A stretch of 64,000 bases of DNA from NCBI GenBank assembly GCA_017654855.1, contig CM030338.1, positions 2,356,001-2,420,000 on the forward strand, in the 5' to 3' direction. The position numbers were made by a program, and so were the translations under genes. The notes under the pieces were generated by a model. The model did not search any database. It was not told where the DNA came from and was given only the letters and a program-made list of their open reading frames with translations. Each line of letters begins with the position of its first letter. Positions within the stretch are counted from its first letter, which is position 1. This stretch comes from Podospora anserina. Its lineage: Eukaryota. Shown in pieces: positions 24,952 to 36,922 of the stretch.

Positions 24952-26432
24952 AAGTGCCGAGAACGGAGATATGGGAAAAGTCAAGGGCAAAGGTGGCAAC
25001 CAAAAATATAACAAGAATGATAAAATAAGAAAAGAAAAGAAAAAAAGCCGTTTGTCCCGCTGCGATGGATGGGATCAGAAAACGGGATGGATGGATGGAA
25101 TGTTCAAAAAGCGCCGATACCGTTGATTTGGTTCGGCCACCTGCCCATGGTCAGATGTCAGATGAAAGGGTGGGGGAGAGAACGAGAGATAATGAAGGAA
25201 GGGTAGGGAAGAGAGAGAGAGAGAGAGAGAGAGAGGGAAAGGGACAAAAAAAACGTGCAGGCGAGACGGGCAGAAACAAACGAGCGAAGCGGGAGCAGCT
25301 GTGTGCTGCTTGATGTTCTCTCTCTCTCTCTCTCTGTGTAAGGTTAAGTAAAGGTAGGGGGGTGACTTGATCTGGACTGGGCCGGTTCTTGACGCTAGCG
25401 ATATGCAGCAGAGAATCCACTGAGAATTCCCTGGCTCCTGGCTCCTGGGTACCGCCGCGACGCTACGATGCTTCGTTACGAGGCCAAACGAGCGGAATCG
25501 TTCCCGTCTTTTTTTTTTGTTTTTTTGTTTTTTTGTTTTTTTTTTGTTTTTTTTTGTTTTTTTTTGTGCTTGCTTTCCATCCTCTTTTTCAGTGCATCCT
25601 CTTTTCAGTGCTCAACTCGACCCCGGCTGACTCTGTATCTGACTCTGTCTCTATCTCTCTCTGTACCTATCTAATCGCGGATCGATGAGAGGATACCTAC
25701 TGTGCCTCACACTCAATGCTCTCCATCACTAACAGCATCCGCCATCCGCAACCGCACACCCGAAGTCTGTCGAGCTTGGACCCGGCCTGTGATGAACAGC
25801 AGCGCGCCTGGGGATCCCTTCCCCCCCGCTCGCGGACACATTGAGCGGGAGAACCCTTGCCAGGGGTGTGGTGAACTACGCTCGGGCCAACCGAAACCAA
25901 CCATTGGGTTGGGACGTTGAGCACGGGCCTTCCAAGAAGCACCCACGGCACCCAAGAACCAGGTGCCAGGTGGTTTGTTCATTCAGGGCAAAAGAGGGCA
26001 AACCCGTGGCAGCGGTTCGGTATTGTTGTGTCTTTCTTTTTACTTCTTTGACCGTTATTCGCCTCGCTTCCACCTCTCAGCATGCATAATGCACTCACTC
26101 GGACTATAGCCCCCGAGAAGAGAAATCGGCTAGCTCTTCTAGTTCTCGGACAACTTCAAAAGTCTCTCTCTCTCATCAGGACGGAGTGTCATTCGATTCT
26201 TGACATATCCATGATCTAACACAGCAAAGATCATCGTCAACCTCTTTCCAAAACCCCCTCAAACCCGGTAACACCCAAACCCAAACCGCTCCGACCCGAC
26301 AGCGCGGGCGGCACTTCCCTTCCGATATGTCCACTCTTCTCACCCTGCCCCATGGGAACATCCCATCTTTTTACGTCTGTCGGTTTCGCTTAATTTTTCG
26401 ATATCCCCTTTCTCAATATGCTTTGCTGGCAA

Positions 26433-26469
<37 letters not shown>

Positions 26470-27692
26470 TCACTCACTCTCTCACTCACTTTCTCACTCA
26501 CTCTCTCTCACACTCACTGTTATCCTGCTGTTCTGTTTCTGTTTTCTAGGCGTACCCGATCCAATGCCACGGGCCCTAGTTAGGGTACCTTAGCTCACTG
26601 ATCCTCTATCAGCACCCCTGGAACTCGCATGTGAGCTTCGAACACGTCCTGGTTGTCGGTATCCAAACAAAACCCGCCACGACAGCAAAGGTCTCCAAGC
26701 GTGCATTATAAACGAGATTTGCTTTTCTTTTTTTGTTTCCAAAGATCCCGAGGGTTTGGATCGGGTCCCGCCTTTGACAAAAGATTCCAAATTCACAACT
26801 TGCGTCTTCAGCTTCTACTCTATGCATTCTCTTGGTTTTGGATACTCGAGCCACATTGTGGAATTACAACAACCTGAACACAGGCTCAAGATACCTAGCC
26901 ATATGCCCCCGAGTTCCATCAAATAAACGCAAACCACACCCAATTCCTAACTCTCCCCTTCCCCCAAAGTTCCCAAAGTGGACTCAGTCATTAGTCTCGA
27001 GCCTCGGTTGGCTTTCCCCCACCCTGTTCGCAACCCCAACCACCCCCCCTTCCCACAAGGAAACAAAACTCCACCAGCTCGCGCACAATTGGACTTCACA
27101 GCTATCCATACACACATATCACAAGCACTCGTAGTATGTAGCGCGGTTACGGTATACGATACAGTGGATGCCTTACCTTCACCTTCCCAGCATATCGGAT
27201 ACGCGCCGCCGAGCGGTCCATCGAAGCGAGCATCTGCTCCATCCCGAGCGTCGTCGGTCGGAGAGAAAACCTCACAAGCGAAGCGAGCGCTCAGACACTT
27301 TCATATGTGAATATGCCATGCTTTATTATGCTCGAGTCCCCGCGAGCGGCCATGGCAAATATCTTACTACAAGCTCAATCTCGGCGTGTGAATGCCGGCC
27401 GGCTGGATAACTTCAACTTATTGGCAACGACCGACTGCAACTCTTACAAAGCAGCTTCATCACACACACCTATTACTGAGAGAGAGAGGCGTAGTCAACC
27501 GCAGGAATGATATCTCATATTCATAGGAAAACCCCTCAAAACCTACTCCATAACCCCTGTTCTCTTTGCCCTCCCCCCCGTCAGCCTCTTACAACTCTAT
27601 TCATCATCTCTTCATTAAACCCCCAACAACCTCAACCTCCTCAACTCCTCCCTCGTCCCCTCAATACCCCCCCCCCCCGCGCAAAGCGACAC

Positions 27693-29181
27693 CTACGTCG
27701 CCACCACATGCTGTCCCCCCCCACCAACCCCATTCTCGCTCCTCGTCTTCCTCTTGCTACTAAAACCCCCCTCCGCCCCTTGAGGGTGATCGCTGACAGG
27801 CTCATGATCGCTCACCACCTCCATCCCCGTCACCACCGGAAACGGGCTCAACACCTTGCTGATATCCCCCCACCACTCCTCCCCAAACCTCCTGTACCAC
27901 TCCACCGTGATCCTCAGCCCCTCCGCAAAGCTCGTCTTCTGATCCCACCCCAGCTGCCTCAGCTTCGTCCCATCAACCGCATACCTGTGGTCGTTGAACG
28001 GCCGATCGTGGGTGTACTTGACCCACCGACCAAACTCGTCGGGCGTCCCGTGAGAAATGCCCATCTCGTCCAGCAGCTTGCCGCAGAGCGACAAGTTGCT
28101 GATCTCATCGTACGATCCCACATTGTAAATCTGGCCCAGCTGGCCCTTGTGGAGAATCGTGTCAAACGCGTCCGCCGCGTCGCCCGCAAAGAGGTAACGC
28201 CGCGTGGGCGAGCCGTCGCCGTGGAGGACAACTGGTCTGCCCCGGTTCAAAAGGCAGGCGAATTTGGGTATGATTTCTATTCCTCGTCAGTAACATCACC
28301 ACACACACGGCTTCAAAACCGGGCCAAAAACTCACTCTCGGGATACTGATGCGGTCCATAAACATTGTTGCTCCGCACAATGATCACCGGCAGCTTGAAG
28401 CTCTTCTGATACGAATGCACCAGCATCTCGGCCGCCGCCTTGCTCGCCGCGTACGGGTTCGTCGGCGCCAGAATGCTCGTCTCCAGCAAGTCGTCGTCGT
28501 CGTCCTTAACCTCGCCGTAGACCTCGTCGGTGGAAATATGGATAAACCTCTTGATGCCCACCTTCTTTGCGCTCTCGAGCAAGACGTGGGTCCCGTACAC
28601 ATTCGTGTGGGTGAACCCGTACGAGTTACCAAAGCTCAGATCAACATGCGACTGGGCCGCAAAGTGGAAAATGGTGTCAATGTTGTACCGCTCGAGGCAG
28701 CCCAGGACCTCGGACGGGTTGGTGATGTCGCCCTGGTGGAAGGTAAAGTTTCGTCTGTCGTTGAGGACTCTGGTGTTGTTGAGTGAGGAGCAGTAGTCTA
28801 GCTTGTCGAACGAGACAATGTTGTAGGCGTGGGGGTAGGTTAGTGTGAGGTGACGGACGAGCCAGCAGGCGCTGCGGGAAACATTGTCAGTTCCTGGGAG
28901 ACCGAAATGCCGAGCCGGGTAACTTACATGAAGCCGGCGCCTCCCGTGATCATGATATTCTTGACATCGGGCAATGGGTCAAACTTGGTGCTGCCCGTGA
29001 AGATGGGCGCCTCCTTCCAGATGCCATAGTCCTCGAAGAAGCTGTTGTTTCGGCCGGGAGGGCGATAAGCTGGAAAATTGCGGTGAGCATAGACGTTCGG
29101 CTTTTAGATGCTCAAAAAGGCGAGGGCTGCCTTACCATTGACTGACCCAGCGGGCGAGACTGCCCCAGCCGCGATGGTCAT
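27693..29181 (-). CDS. dTDP/UDP-glucose 4,6-dehydratase (extended SDR; first step of NDP-rhamnose synthesis); exons 29181-29136, 29069-28928, 28871-28336, 28276-27693
   Basis: IMITGGAGFI, FDKLDYCSS, HFAAQSHVDLSF, HISTDEVYG, PTNPYAASKAAAE (YxxxK), NNVYGPHQYPEKIIPKF and DRPFNDHRY. Confidence 0.92.
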
Positions 29182-29388
29182 TGTCTCTTTTAGGTTTTAT
29201 GAGATATAAAAGTATATATGGCGAGAGAGAAAGGTAAATAATGCCGAGCGCGTGTTGTCCGTCAGGAAGAAGTTGAGGCGGGCGGTTGGTTCAAAAGAGA
29301 GAGCAAGCAACCTGGAACGACGACCGGATCCTGGAGCAGAAGAGTAAGTACGAGCGAGGAATGCAGACCAGTATGATGAACCCTCCCT

Positions 29389-29392
<4 letters not shown>

Positions 29393-29442
<50 letters not shown>
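29393..29442. repeat. (TC)n microsatellite in the dehydratase upstream/5'UTR region
   Basis: About 25 TC units followed by T-runs. Confidence 0.9.
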
Positions 29443-29452
<10 letters not shown>

Positions 29453-31194
29453 TCTTCTTTTTTTTTCTCTTTCTCTCTCCCCGCAACACGCACCAGCCGA
29501 TACAGACACATATACGTACCTTACCCTTCCTCTTGTTTCATAGGAATTGTTGATGTCGGTGACATTGGCTTGTTGCTAATAAAAAGTAGAGGTCAAGCAG
29601 AAGAAAAAAAAAGTACCATGTGCAGGAAAGCAAGCAGCAGCAGCAGCAGCACCAACCACCACCACTCATGGCAGTGAGACGGAAGATCGGCCCAAACGGG
29701 CAAGGCCTGGCTTTTTTTTTTTTTGTTTTGTGTTGCTTTGCTGCGAAGGAAAGGGTGAGCACACTGCGAGGAAATCATGAAACGGTACCTGATATGGAAA
29801 ACGCAGAAGCCACCTTTGCCTTTGCTCCTTCAGCTTTCCCAGCCTGTCACCGTCTGATCACTTTCCCGCGTTTGTTGGTTGGCAGAGTTCAGGGCTTCAG
29901 CTCCTTCCAGGCACACGAAGTAACCAAGCATGGAAACTAAGTACCAACAAGGCTCCAAGGTGGTCCCGTAGGTTAGGTAGACACACGTCCACGTAGTAGA
30001 TGGAGAGAGAGCTATCATCTAGCGCGCCGCTTCCTCATCAAGCAGGTCTCCAAGTTCATGCCTTTATGAGGTGTTCAGCCAGCCCTCTACAGATGGGATG
30101 GTTGTTGGCCATCTGATGATGTGACAAGGGGACCCGTCCGTTTTCTCGGCCGTGATGGGAGGGGGACTGGAAGGGCTGAAGGAAGGGGTCCCTGCCTTTG
30201 TTTGGCGGTAGTTCAGCGGAGGGGCAGGGCAGCAAGGGCACCCCCACCGAAACAGAGTGTGGGCCGAGTGCTTCAAGCGGGGGGGATCATTTTAGCGCGC
30301 AAATCCCCCGTCTCAGGCAGCTCACCTATCTCCATCAATTCCAAAGAGCCCGTCGGCGAGGTGTTGTTGTTGGTCTCGTGTCAGTTGTTCAAATGGGTAC
30401 GTACTACCTAACGGGTAATAGTCACCGTTTTCTTTTAGTGTAGTCAGGAACGAAACATCCACCAGTATTATTCCAAAATACGCCATGCATATCCGTATCC
30501 TCATCCATTCTTCCAGCTCGACGGCAGGGGGGGAGGGGGCCTTTCTTTCTCGAACCACCATCTGGAATGGGCCTTGTCCATATTGACGGCGCTATACGGG
30601 ATCTGTGCTGCAGATTTCAATAGTTTTTGTGCCGACCCTGAATTCCAGCCGCAATGAAAGAAGGCCCGGGGGATTTGGGGGTGTTGCTCTCCTCGCCGCA
30701 GGGCAGGTAGGATCAAAGTCAGCACCCCTCCCCCCGAACGCGGTGAGATGGCACTTCACAGTGTGGTAATTCCGATCAGCTCGGCTTACCTTATGCCTTT
30801 CAGTATAGGGAGGATCGGCGCGCCTCATCGAGGGGAAGGGGGGGGAAGGGGGCTTATCTTCTTCTCGCTTGACAATCCAACACACTGGTTTTCCCTTCTA
30901 GGTGATGAAATGAGTATTCTCACCACTTTCTTCCGCTTCGACCTCAACTTTATGTTTCCACATATGACATATCTCCAACTTTCGTCCAACTCGCAAGGTT
31001 GAGATCGATCGACTTGAGCGACGCTGCTATTGTGCTATACATGGCCCAATAGCAGGCCATACTCTCCCTGATGATACCACCTCACCAACGTAAGCTTAAG
31101 CAGACACTATAACTTTTTATTTTTATTTTTAATTAATTAACCCCCAACTTCTGCCCATTGATTCTCCCCCGCAGCAGCGAGCGCGGCCGCCGTC

Positions 31195-32497
31195 ATGGCT
31201 GCTACTGCATCGACCGAACAACGCAGCGAGGGACGGGCCGGTTCCTTCTCATCCTCCTCGTCCGACACGGCGACGCATGTCGGGAGCAGCACCGTCTTGG
31301 CGCGACTGGGCGACGAGGAAAAGCTCACCCCGCCAGAAGACCTCGAGATTCACGAGCTGGAGGAATACGGGGACCACTCGTCCAACAGCGAAGATGATGC
31401 GCTTCTCATGGAAAAGGATCAAGATGAGCCGCCCAAGCCGCCTCAACCACCGCCAGAACCGAAGAAGAGTTCTTTCTGGTCGTCACTGATATGGATGACG
31501 GTCAACACTTTGGCTACAATCGGAATTGTAAACCCCCCCCCCCCCTTTGTCATCTTCACGAACTGACTGTTGAATAGGTCTTCACCAACAAAGCAATCTT
31601 CACCGACCCCTCCCTGAAACTAGCCCAGCTCTCCTTCGCCTCCTTCCACTTTCTCGTCACCTACCTAACCCTCTTCACCATCTCCCGCCCCCGCTTTGCG
31701 TTCTTCGTCCCCCGGCGCGCCGCCATAAAAGACATCCTCCCCCTCAGCATAGCCATGTCCCTCAACGTCATCCTCCCCAACCTCTCCCTCGCCTTTTCCT
31801 CGGTAACGTTTTACCAACTCGCCCGGATCTTGCTAACCCCCACCGTCGCCCTGATGAACTACATCCTCTACCGCGCCACCCTCCCCAGACTCGCGATTTT
31901 GTCTCTAATCCCCGCCTGCGTAGGAGTAGGCATGGTCTCGTACTACGACTCCCTCCCCACGAGCAACACCAACATCAAAACCACCTCCTCCCTCGGGGTA
32001 ATTTTTGCCTTTCTCGGCATTTTTGCCTCGTCTCTCTACACCGTTTGGATCGCGTCGTACCACCGGAAGCTGCAGATGAGCTCCATGCAGCTGTTGTTCA
32101 ACCAAGCACCTCTTTCGGCGTTTATGCTGTTGTACGTCATCCCGTTTGTGGACACTTTCCCCGAGAGCTGGGGGGGTGTGAGCGGGAGCAAGTGGGTGTT
32201 GATCGGGATGAGCGGGTTGTATGCTAGTTTGATAAACATTAGCCAGTTTTTTATTATCGCGCAGACGGGGCCGGTGAGCAGCACGGTAGTGGGGCATGTC
32301 AAGACTTGTACTATTGTCGGGTTGGGGTGGGTGACGAGTGGGAGGGGGGCGGGGGATAAGGGGGTGGGAGGGGTGGTGGTGGCGCTGGGGGGGATTATTG
32401 CGTGAGTTTTCCTTGGGTGAAAAGGGGGGTGAATGTGCTGACTGGTGATAGGTACTCGATTGTGATGCTCAAAGAGAAGAAGAAGGGTGGGAAGTAA
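31195..32497 (+). CDS. Nucleotide-sugar transporter, TPT/SLC35E family; exons 31195-31527, 31578-32401, 32452-32497
   Basis: WMTVNTLATIGIVFTNKAIF, NLSLAFSSVTFYQLARILLTP, MSSMQLLFNQAP and GPVSSTVVGHVKTC, with about 10 TM segments. Confidence 0.88.
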
Positions 32498-32832
32498 GGT
32501 CAAATGTAACATATGCCGTGTAGGATGGGGTTGGTTTGGGTTGGGTTGGTACAAGGGTGTTGATATCTCTGGGTAGGAAATTCGGGCAAGGCGTTTACGG
32601 TAAATCAGGATTACAGATCTCAAGGGGGGGGGGGTTCGGGCATTGGCGAGAGCAAGAGGGAAATGATGTTGGCTTACACCCTTTCAAACATCCCAATGCT
32701 TCCATACCTTGGCTACAAAACAAAAACCAATAAATAGTCAAAATATCATAGTCACAAATTAATCCTAACAAATGGCCATTCATTACTACTTGAGTATACA
32801 CGAAAACCACGGGTATCAATTTCGCCTCCTGT

Positions 32833-34174
32833 CTACAAGTTGAAGCGCGTCCTCTTCTTCTCCATCTTGGCCTTCCACTCCCACTTGAGCGCACCCTCGC
32901 CCTCACTCCCCGCCCTGCCGATCCCCTTATCAACCCTACGAAGCTTGAGCGTCATCCTCGGGCCAATCTCCTGAAGACCAGCACGGATGCCCTGCATACC
33001 CTCCATCTCCTTGCCCTCTGCCGTGACGACATTCTTTTCCGTGGCTCTAGCTTCACGGAAGACATAACGATGACGGCGGAAGAAAATGTAATCGCGCTGG
33101 TTGTGCAGCGTTACGACTTGTCTGCCCTGCAACTCAGGTCTGGCTGGGAAAAGCGTGTTCATCGACTTGGCGGCGAGGAGACCCAGCGGTGTCTTGAAGT
33201 TGTTGAGGAGCAGCTCGGGGTAGTGGTTGGTGGCGTTGCCGTGGCCCAACAGAGACTTTCCTGGGAGGTAGTTGCGGATGGAATAGGTGAGGGTAGGTCC
33301 TGGCGCGGCATCTTCGCTGTTGAGGTGTACGATGCTCATCTGGTGGGGACGCTTGAGGTCCTCGTGGACGACGACGAGAGCTGTGTAACCACGGTCTGTC
33401 GCGTGTTAGCATCCGATCTTACGGGAAAGAGGTAGAGAGGGAAAACATACTCTTTGCAAACTTTGCAATTTCCCTGACGCTGTACTTGTGACCCCAGCGG
33501 TGACCGCTACGCCTGATATAGGTCGAGTTGGGGAAGATGGCGCCGATCTCCTCGGCCTCCTTGTGTATCGTCGCGTTGAGCGAGGTGGTGACGAGAATCT
33601 TGGGCATCGGGGGAGGTTCATCGCTGAAGAGGTGCTCGAACTGCCGCGTAAGAGAATCTGGTGTCAAATCAAGGTTTGTTGATGTCGTCGAAGGGGCAAT
33701 GCTCGGTTGTCTTTGCGCCCGTTTCCTCTGCAGCTTCTCCTCGCGCTCCTCGTCGTCTTCCCCGTCGTTTTCAGAGTCGGAATCCAACATGCTGTCGGCA
33801 TCGTCGTCCTTTTCCTCCTCGTCGTCCTTTTCCTCCTCGTCATCCTTCATCGCGGCATCCGCCTCAGCAGCAGCGGCAAGCTCGGCCTGTTCCATGCGAC
33901 GGCGCTTCAAAGCTGCCAGATCAACCTGTGCCCCCAAGCTATCGTCGTCGACATCGTCCCACACTCTCTTCTTGTCAATACTCGCGGGCTGGTTCTTGGC
34001 AAGTCTTTCCTCTCTCAATTCGGGGTTCTTGGCCTCCTCTCTTCTGCGGCGATGGCGCTCTTCGTGACGGGCCTTGTTGGCGATCTTCTTGTCCTCGATG
34101 TACATTTGCTTGCGTCTCAATTTGTTGCCCGTTTTCAGGGACAGGGAAGACCCTCCGGAGCGTGAAGACCCCAT
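32833..34174 (-). CDS. RPF1: Brix-domain ribosome biogenesis protein Rpf1; exons 34174-33451, 33395-32833
   Basis: PKILVTTS, GPTLTYSIRNY, HYPELLLNNFKTPLG, GRQVVTLHNQRDYIFFRRHRY and LQEIGPRMTLKL. Confidence 0.9.
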
Positions 34175-34657
34175 TTTGGCGATTGTTTGCGGTGGTGGGT
34201 GAATTGGTCGAAGAGGTTTTGCGATGGTGACGGCGATGGTTGATTGATAGCGATTGGGAATCTCCAAAAAAAAATTTGGACGGCTGGCTGCAATCGATTG
34301 CTGATCCATGCGCTCCGGGGGGGCCCCAGCACTCACTGTTGACGGGCAGCCCACAGGGTTCTCAACGGGTCCGTGCATCGAAATCCAGAAGGCGGGACAG
34401 TGAGGGGCACATCTTCTTGGAAATAGCGGTTAATTGAATTTCCGCTGATTCATGCCCCTCCAACCCTGAAGCCCCGGACAGTGTCTCGCCGTAGAATGCA
34501 TCCACCGTGCCATGGCTGGTGTGGTGCCCTGCTGTGGCAGCCGTTTCCTGGGTTTCATCTATCGGGTCTCGAAAAAAAAAAAAAGAGGAGTGCCTTAGAA
34601 AAACGGCCACCGTGACTCACTGAGAGGGGGACGAGGCCAACACTTGCAATTGGGGGA

Positions 34658-36922
34658 ATGAAGCCTCTTCTGTCCCTCATCCTCACCCGCCGCCTGTCTT
34701 CACCACTTGTTGCTGGCACTCCACTCCACTCCAACAACAACTATACATCTGTAGTAGCCCCTCTCCGTAGGCTTCACCGTCCAGCCTTTGCCCCCTCTAC
34801 CCCGCGCCTCAAGTTCCAGATACCGCAGATCAACAAAAAGAAGCCCGAAAAGATGTCGACAGATGCCACCACCCTCAAGGGCCAGCCCCTCGACAGGGCC
34901 GCCCTCGACGCCATGCTGAGGCGGCGTCTCTTCTACACTCCCTCGTTCGAAATCTACGGCGGCGTCTCTGGCCTCTACGACTATGGCCCGCCGGGTTGCG
35001 CTCTCCAGGCCAATGTCATTGACCTCTGGCGCAAGCACTTTATCCTGGAGGAGGACATGCTCGAGGTGGACTGCACTGTTCTGACCCCCCACGATGTTCT
35101 CAAGACCTCCGGCCACGTCGACAAGTTTGCCGACTGGATGTGCAAGGACCCCAAGAACGGCGAGATCCTCCGTGCCGACCACTTCGTCGAGGACATCCTC
35201 GAGCAGCGGCTGAAGGGCGACAAGGAGGCCCGCGGCCTGAAGGTGGAGGAGAAGGAAGAGACAGACAAGAAGAAGGCGGCCAAGAAGAAGAAGAACAAGG
35301 GCGGTGTTGAGGCCGTCAGGCTTGACGATGCCGTGGTCAAGGAGTACGAGGAGATTCTGGCTCAGATTGACAACTACAACGGTGAGCAGCTGGGCGAGCT
35401 GATCAAGAAGCACGATCTCCGGAATCCCGCGACCGGCCTCCAGCCCACGCCTCCCGTCTCCTTCAACCTCATGTTCCAGACCTCAATTGGTCCCAGCAGC
35501 AACCTCCCCGGTTACCTGAGACCGGAGACGGCCCAGGGCCAGTTCCTCAACTTTGCCAAGCTCTTGGAGTTCAACACGGGCCAGATGCCGTTCGCCTCTG
35601 CCTCCATTGGCAAGTCTTACCGCAACGAAATCTCTCCCCGCGCCGGTCTCCTCCGTGTCCGCGAGTTCTTGATGGCCGAGATTGAGCACTTTGTCGACCC
35701 GGAAGGCCACAAGAAGCACGCCCGCTTCCACGAGGTGGCCGACGTCGAGCTCGCCTTCCTCGACCGCCACACTCAGCTCTCCGGGTCAACGGTCGTCAAG
35801 AAGCAGACGATCGGTCAGGCCGTCAAGGAGGGCCTCGTCGACAACGAGACCCTCGGCTACTTCCTCGCCCGCATCCTCCTCTTCCTCAAGAAGATTGGCA
35901 TCGACGAGAAGAAGATCCGCTTCCGCCAGCACATGGACAACGAGATGGCTCACTACGCCTGCGACTGCTGGGATGCTGAGCTTCACACTTCGGCCGGGTG
36001 GGTTGAGTGCGTTGGCTGTGCCGACCGCAGCGCGTACGACTTGTCCGTCCACGCCAAGAAGACTGGTGCGCCGCTTGTTGTGCGTCAGCGCCTGGAGGAG
36101 CCGATCACTATTGAGGAGTGGGATATTGCGATTGACAAGAAGAACTTTGGTCCTTTTTACAAGAAGGACGGCAAGACGATTGAGAATGCTCTCCTGGCCA
36201 CCACCCAGGAGCAGCGTGGCGAGCTTGTGAAGCAGCTGGAGGAGAACGGCAAGGTTGTGATTGACGTGCCTGGTGTGAACGACGGCAAGGTGGAGGTTAG
36301 CAAGGACTTGCTGGCTATCAAGTGGGTGAAGCGTGTTGAGAACGTTAGGGAGTACACCCCCAACGTGATTGAGCCTTCGTTTGGTATCGGCCGTATTCTG
36401 TACTCTCTTATGGAGCACAACTACTGGACCAGAGCCAGTGAGGGTGGTGATGAGGCCCGTGGTGTGAGTTAACTTTTTAACAGTCCGATCTGAGCTCGTG
36501 TAAAACTAACTCTGTAACATCAGGTCCTCTCCTTCCCTCCGGCCGTCGCCCCGACCAAGGTCCTCATCGTGCCTCTCTCCTCCAACAAGGACTTTACCCC
36601 CGAGGTCCGCAAGCTCTCCCAGAAGCTCAGGTCGGCCGGCGTGTCCAGCCGGATTGACGACTCGTCTGCCAGCATTGGCAAGCGGTACAGCAGAAATGAT
36701 GAGCTGGGCACTCCGTTTGGTGTCACGGTTGATTTCCAGACTCTGAAGGATGGGACGGTGACGCTGAGAGAGCGGGACAGCACACGGCAGGTGAGGGCGG
36801 AGGAGGACAAGATTATTGCGGCGATCAAGGCGCTGGTGGAGGGGACCAAGACGTGGCAGGATGTGGAGGGGGAGTTGCCGATTTTCGAGGGGCAGCAGGA
36901 GGTTGAGGTTGTTGTGAGGTAG
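34658..36922 (+). CDS. GRS1: Glycyl-tRNA synthetase; intron 36464-36523; second in-frame ATG at 34853
   Basis: FEIYGGVSGLYDYGPPGC, SGHVDKFADWM, YLRPETAQGQF, RNEISPRAGLLRVREF, VIEPSFGIGRI and the anticodon-binding domain SIGKRYSRNDELG. Confidence 0.96.
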
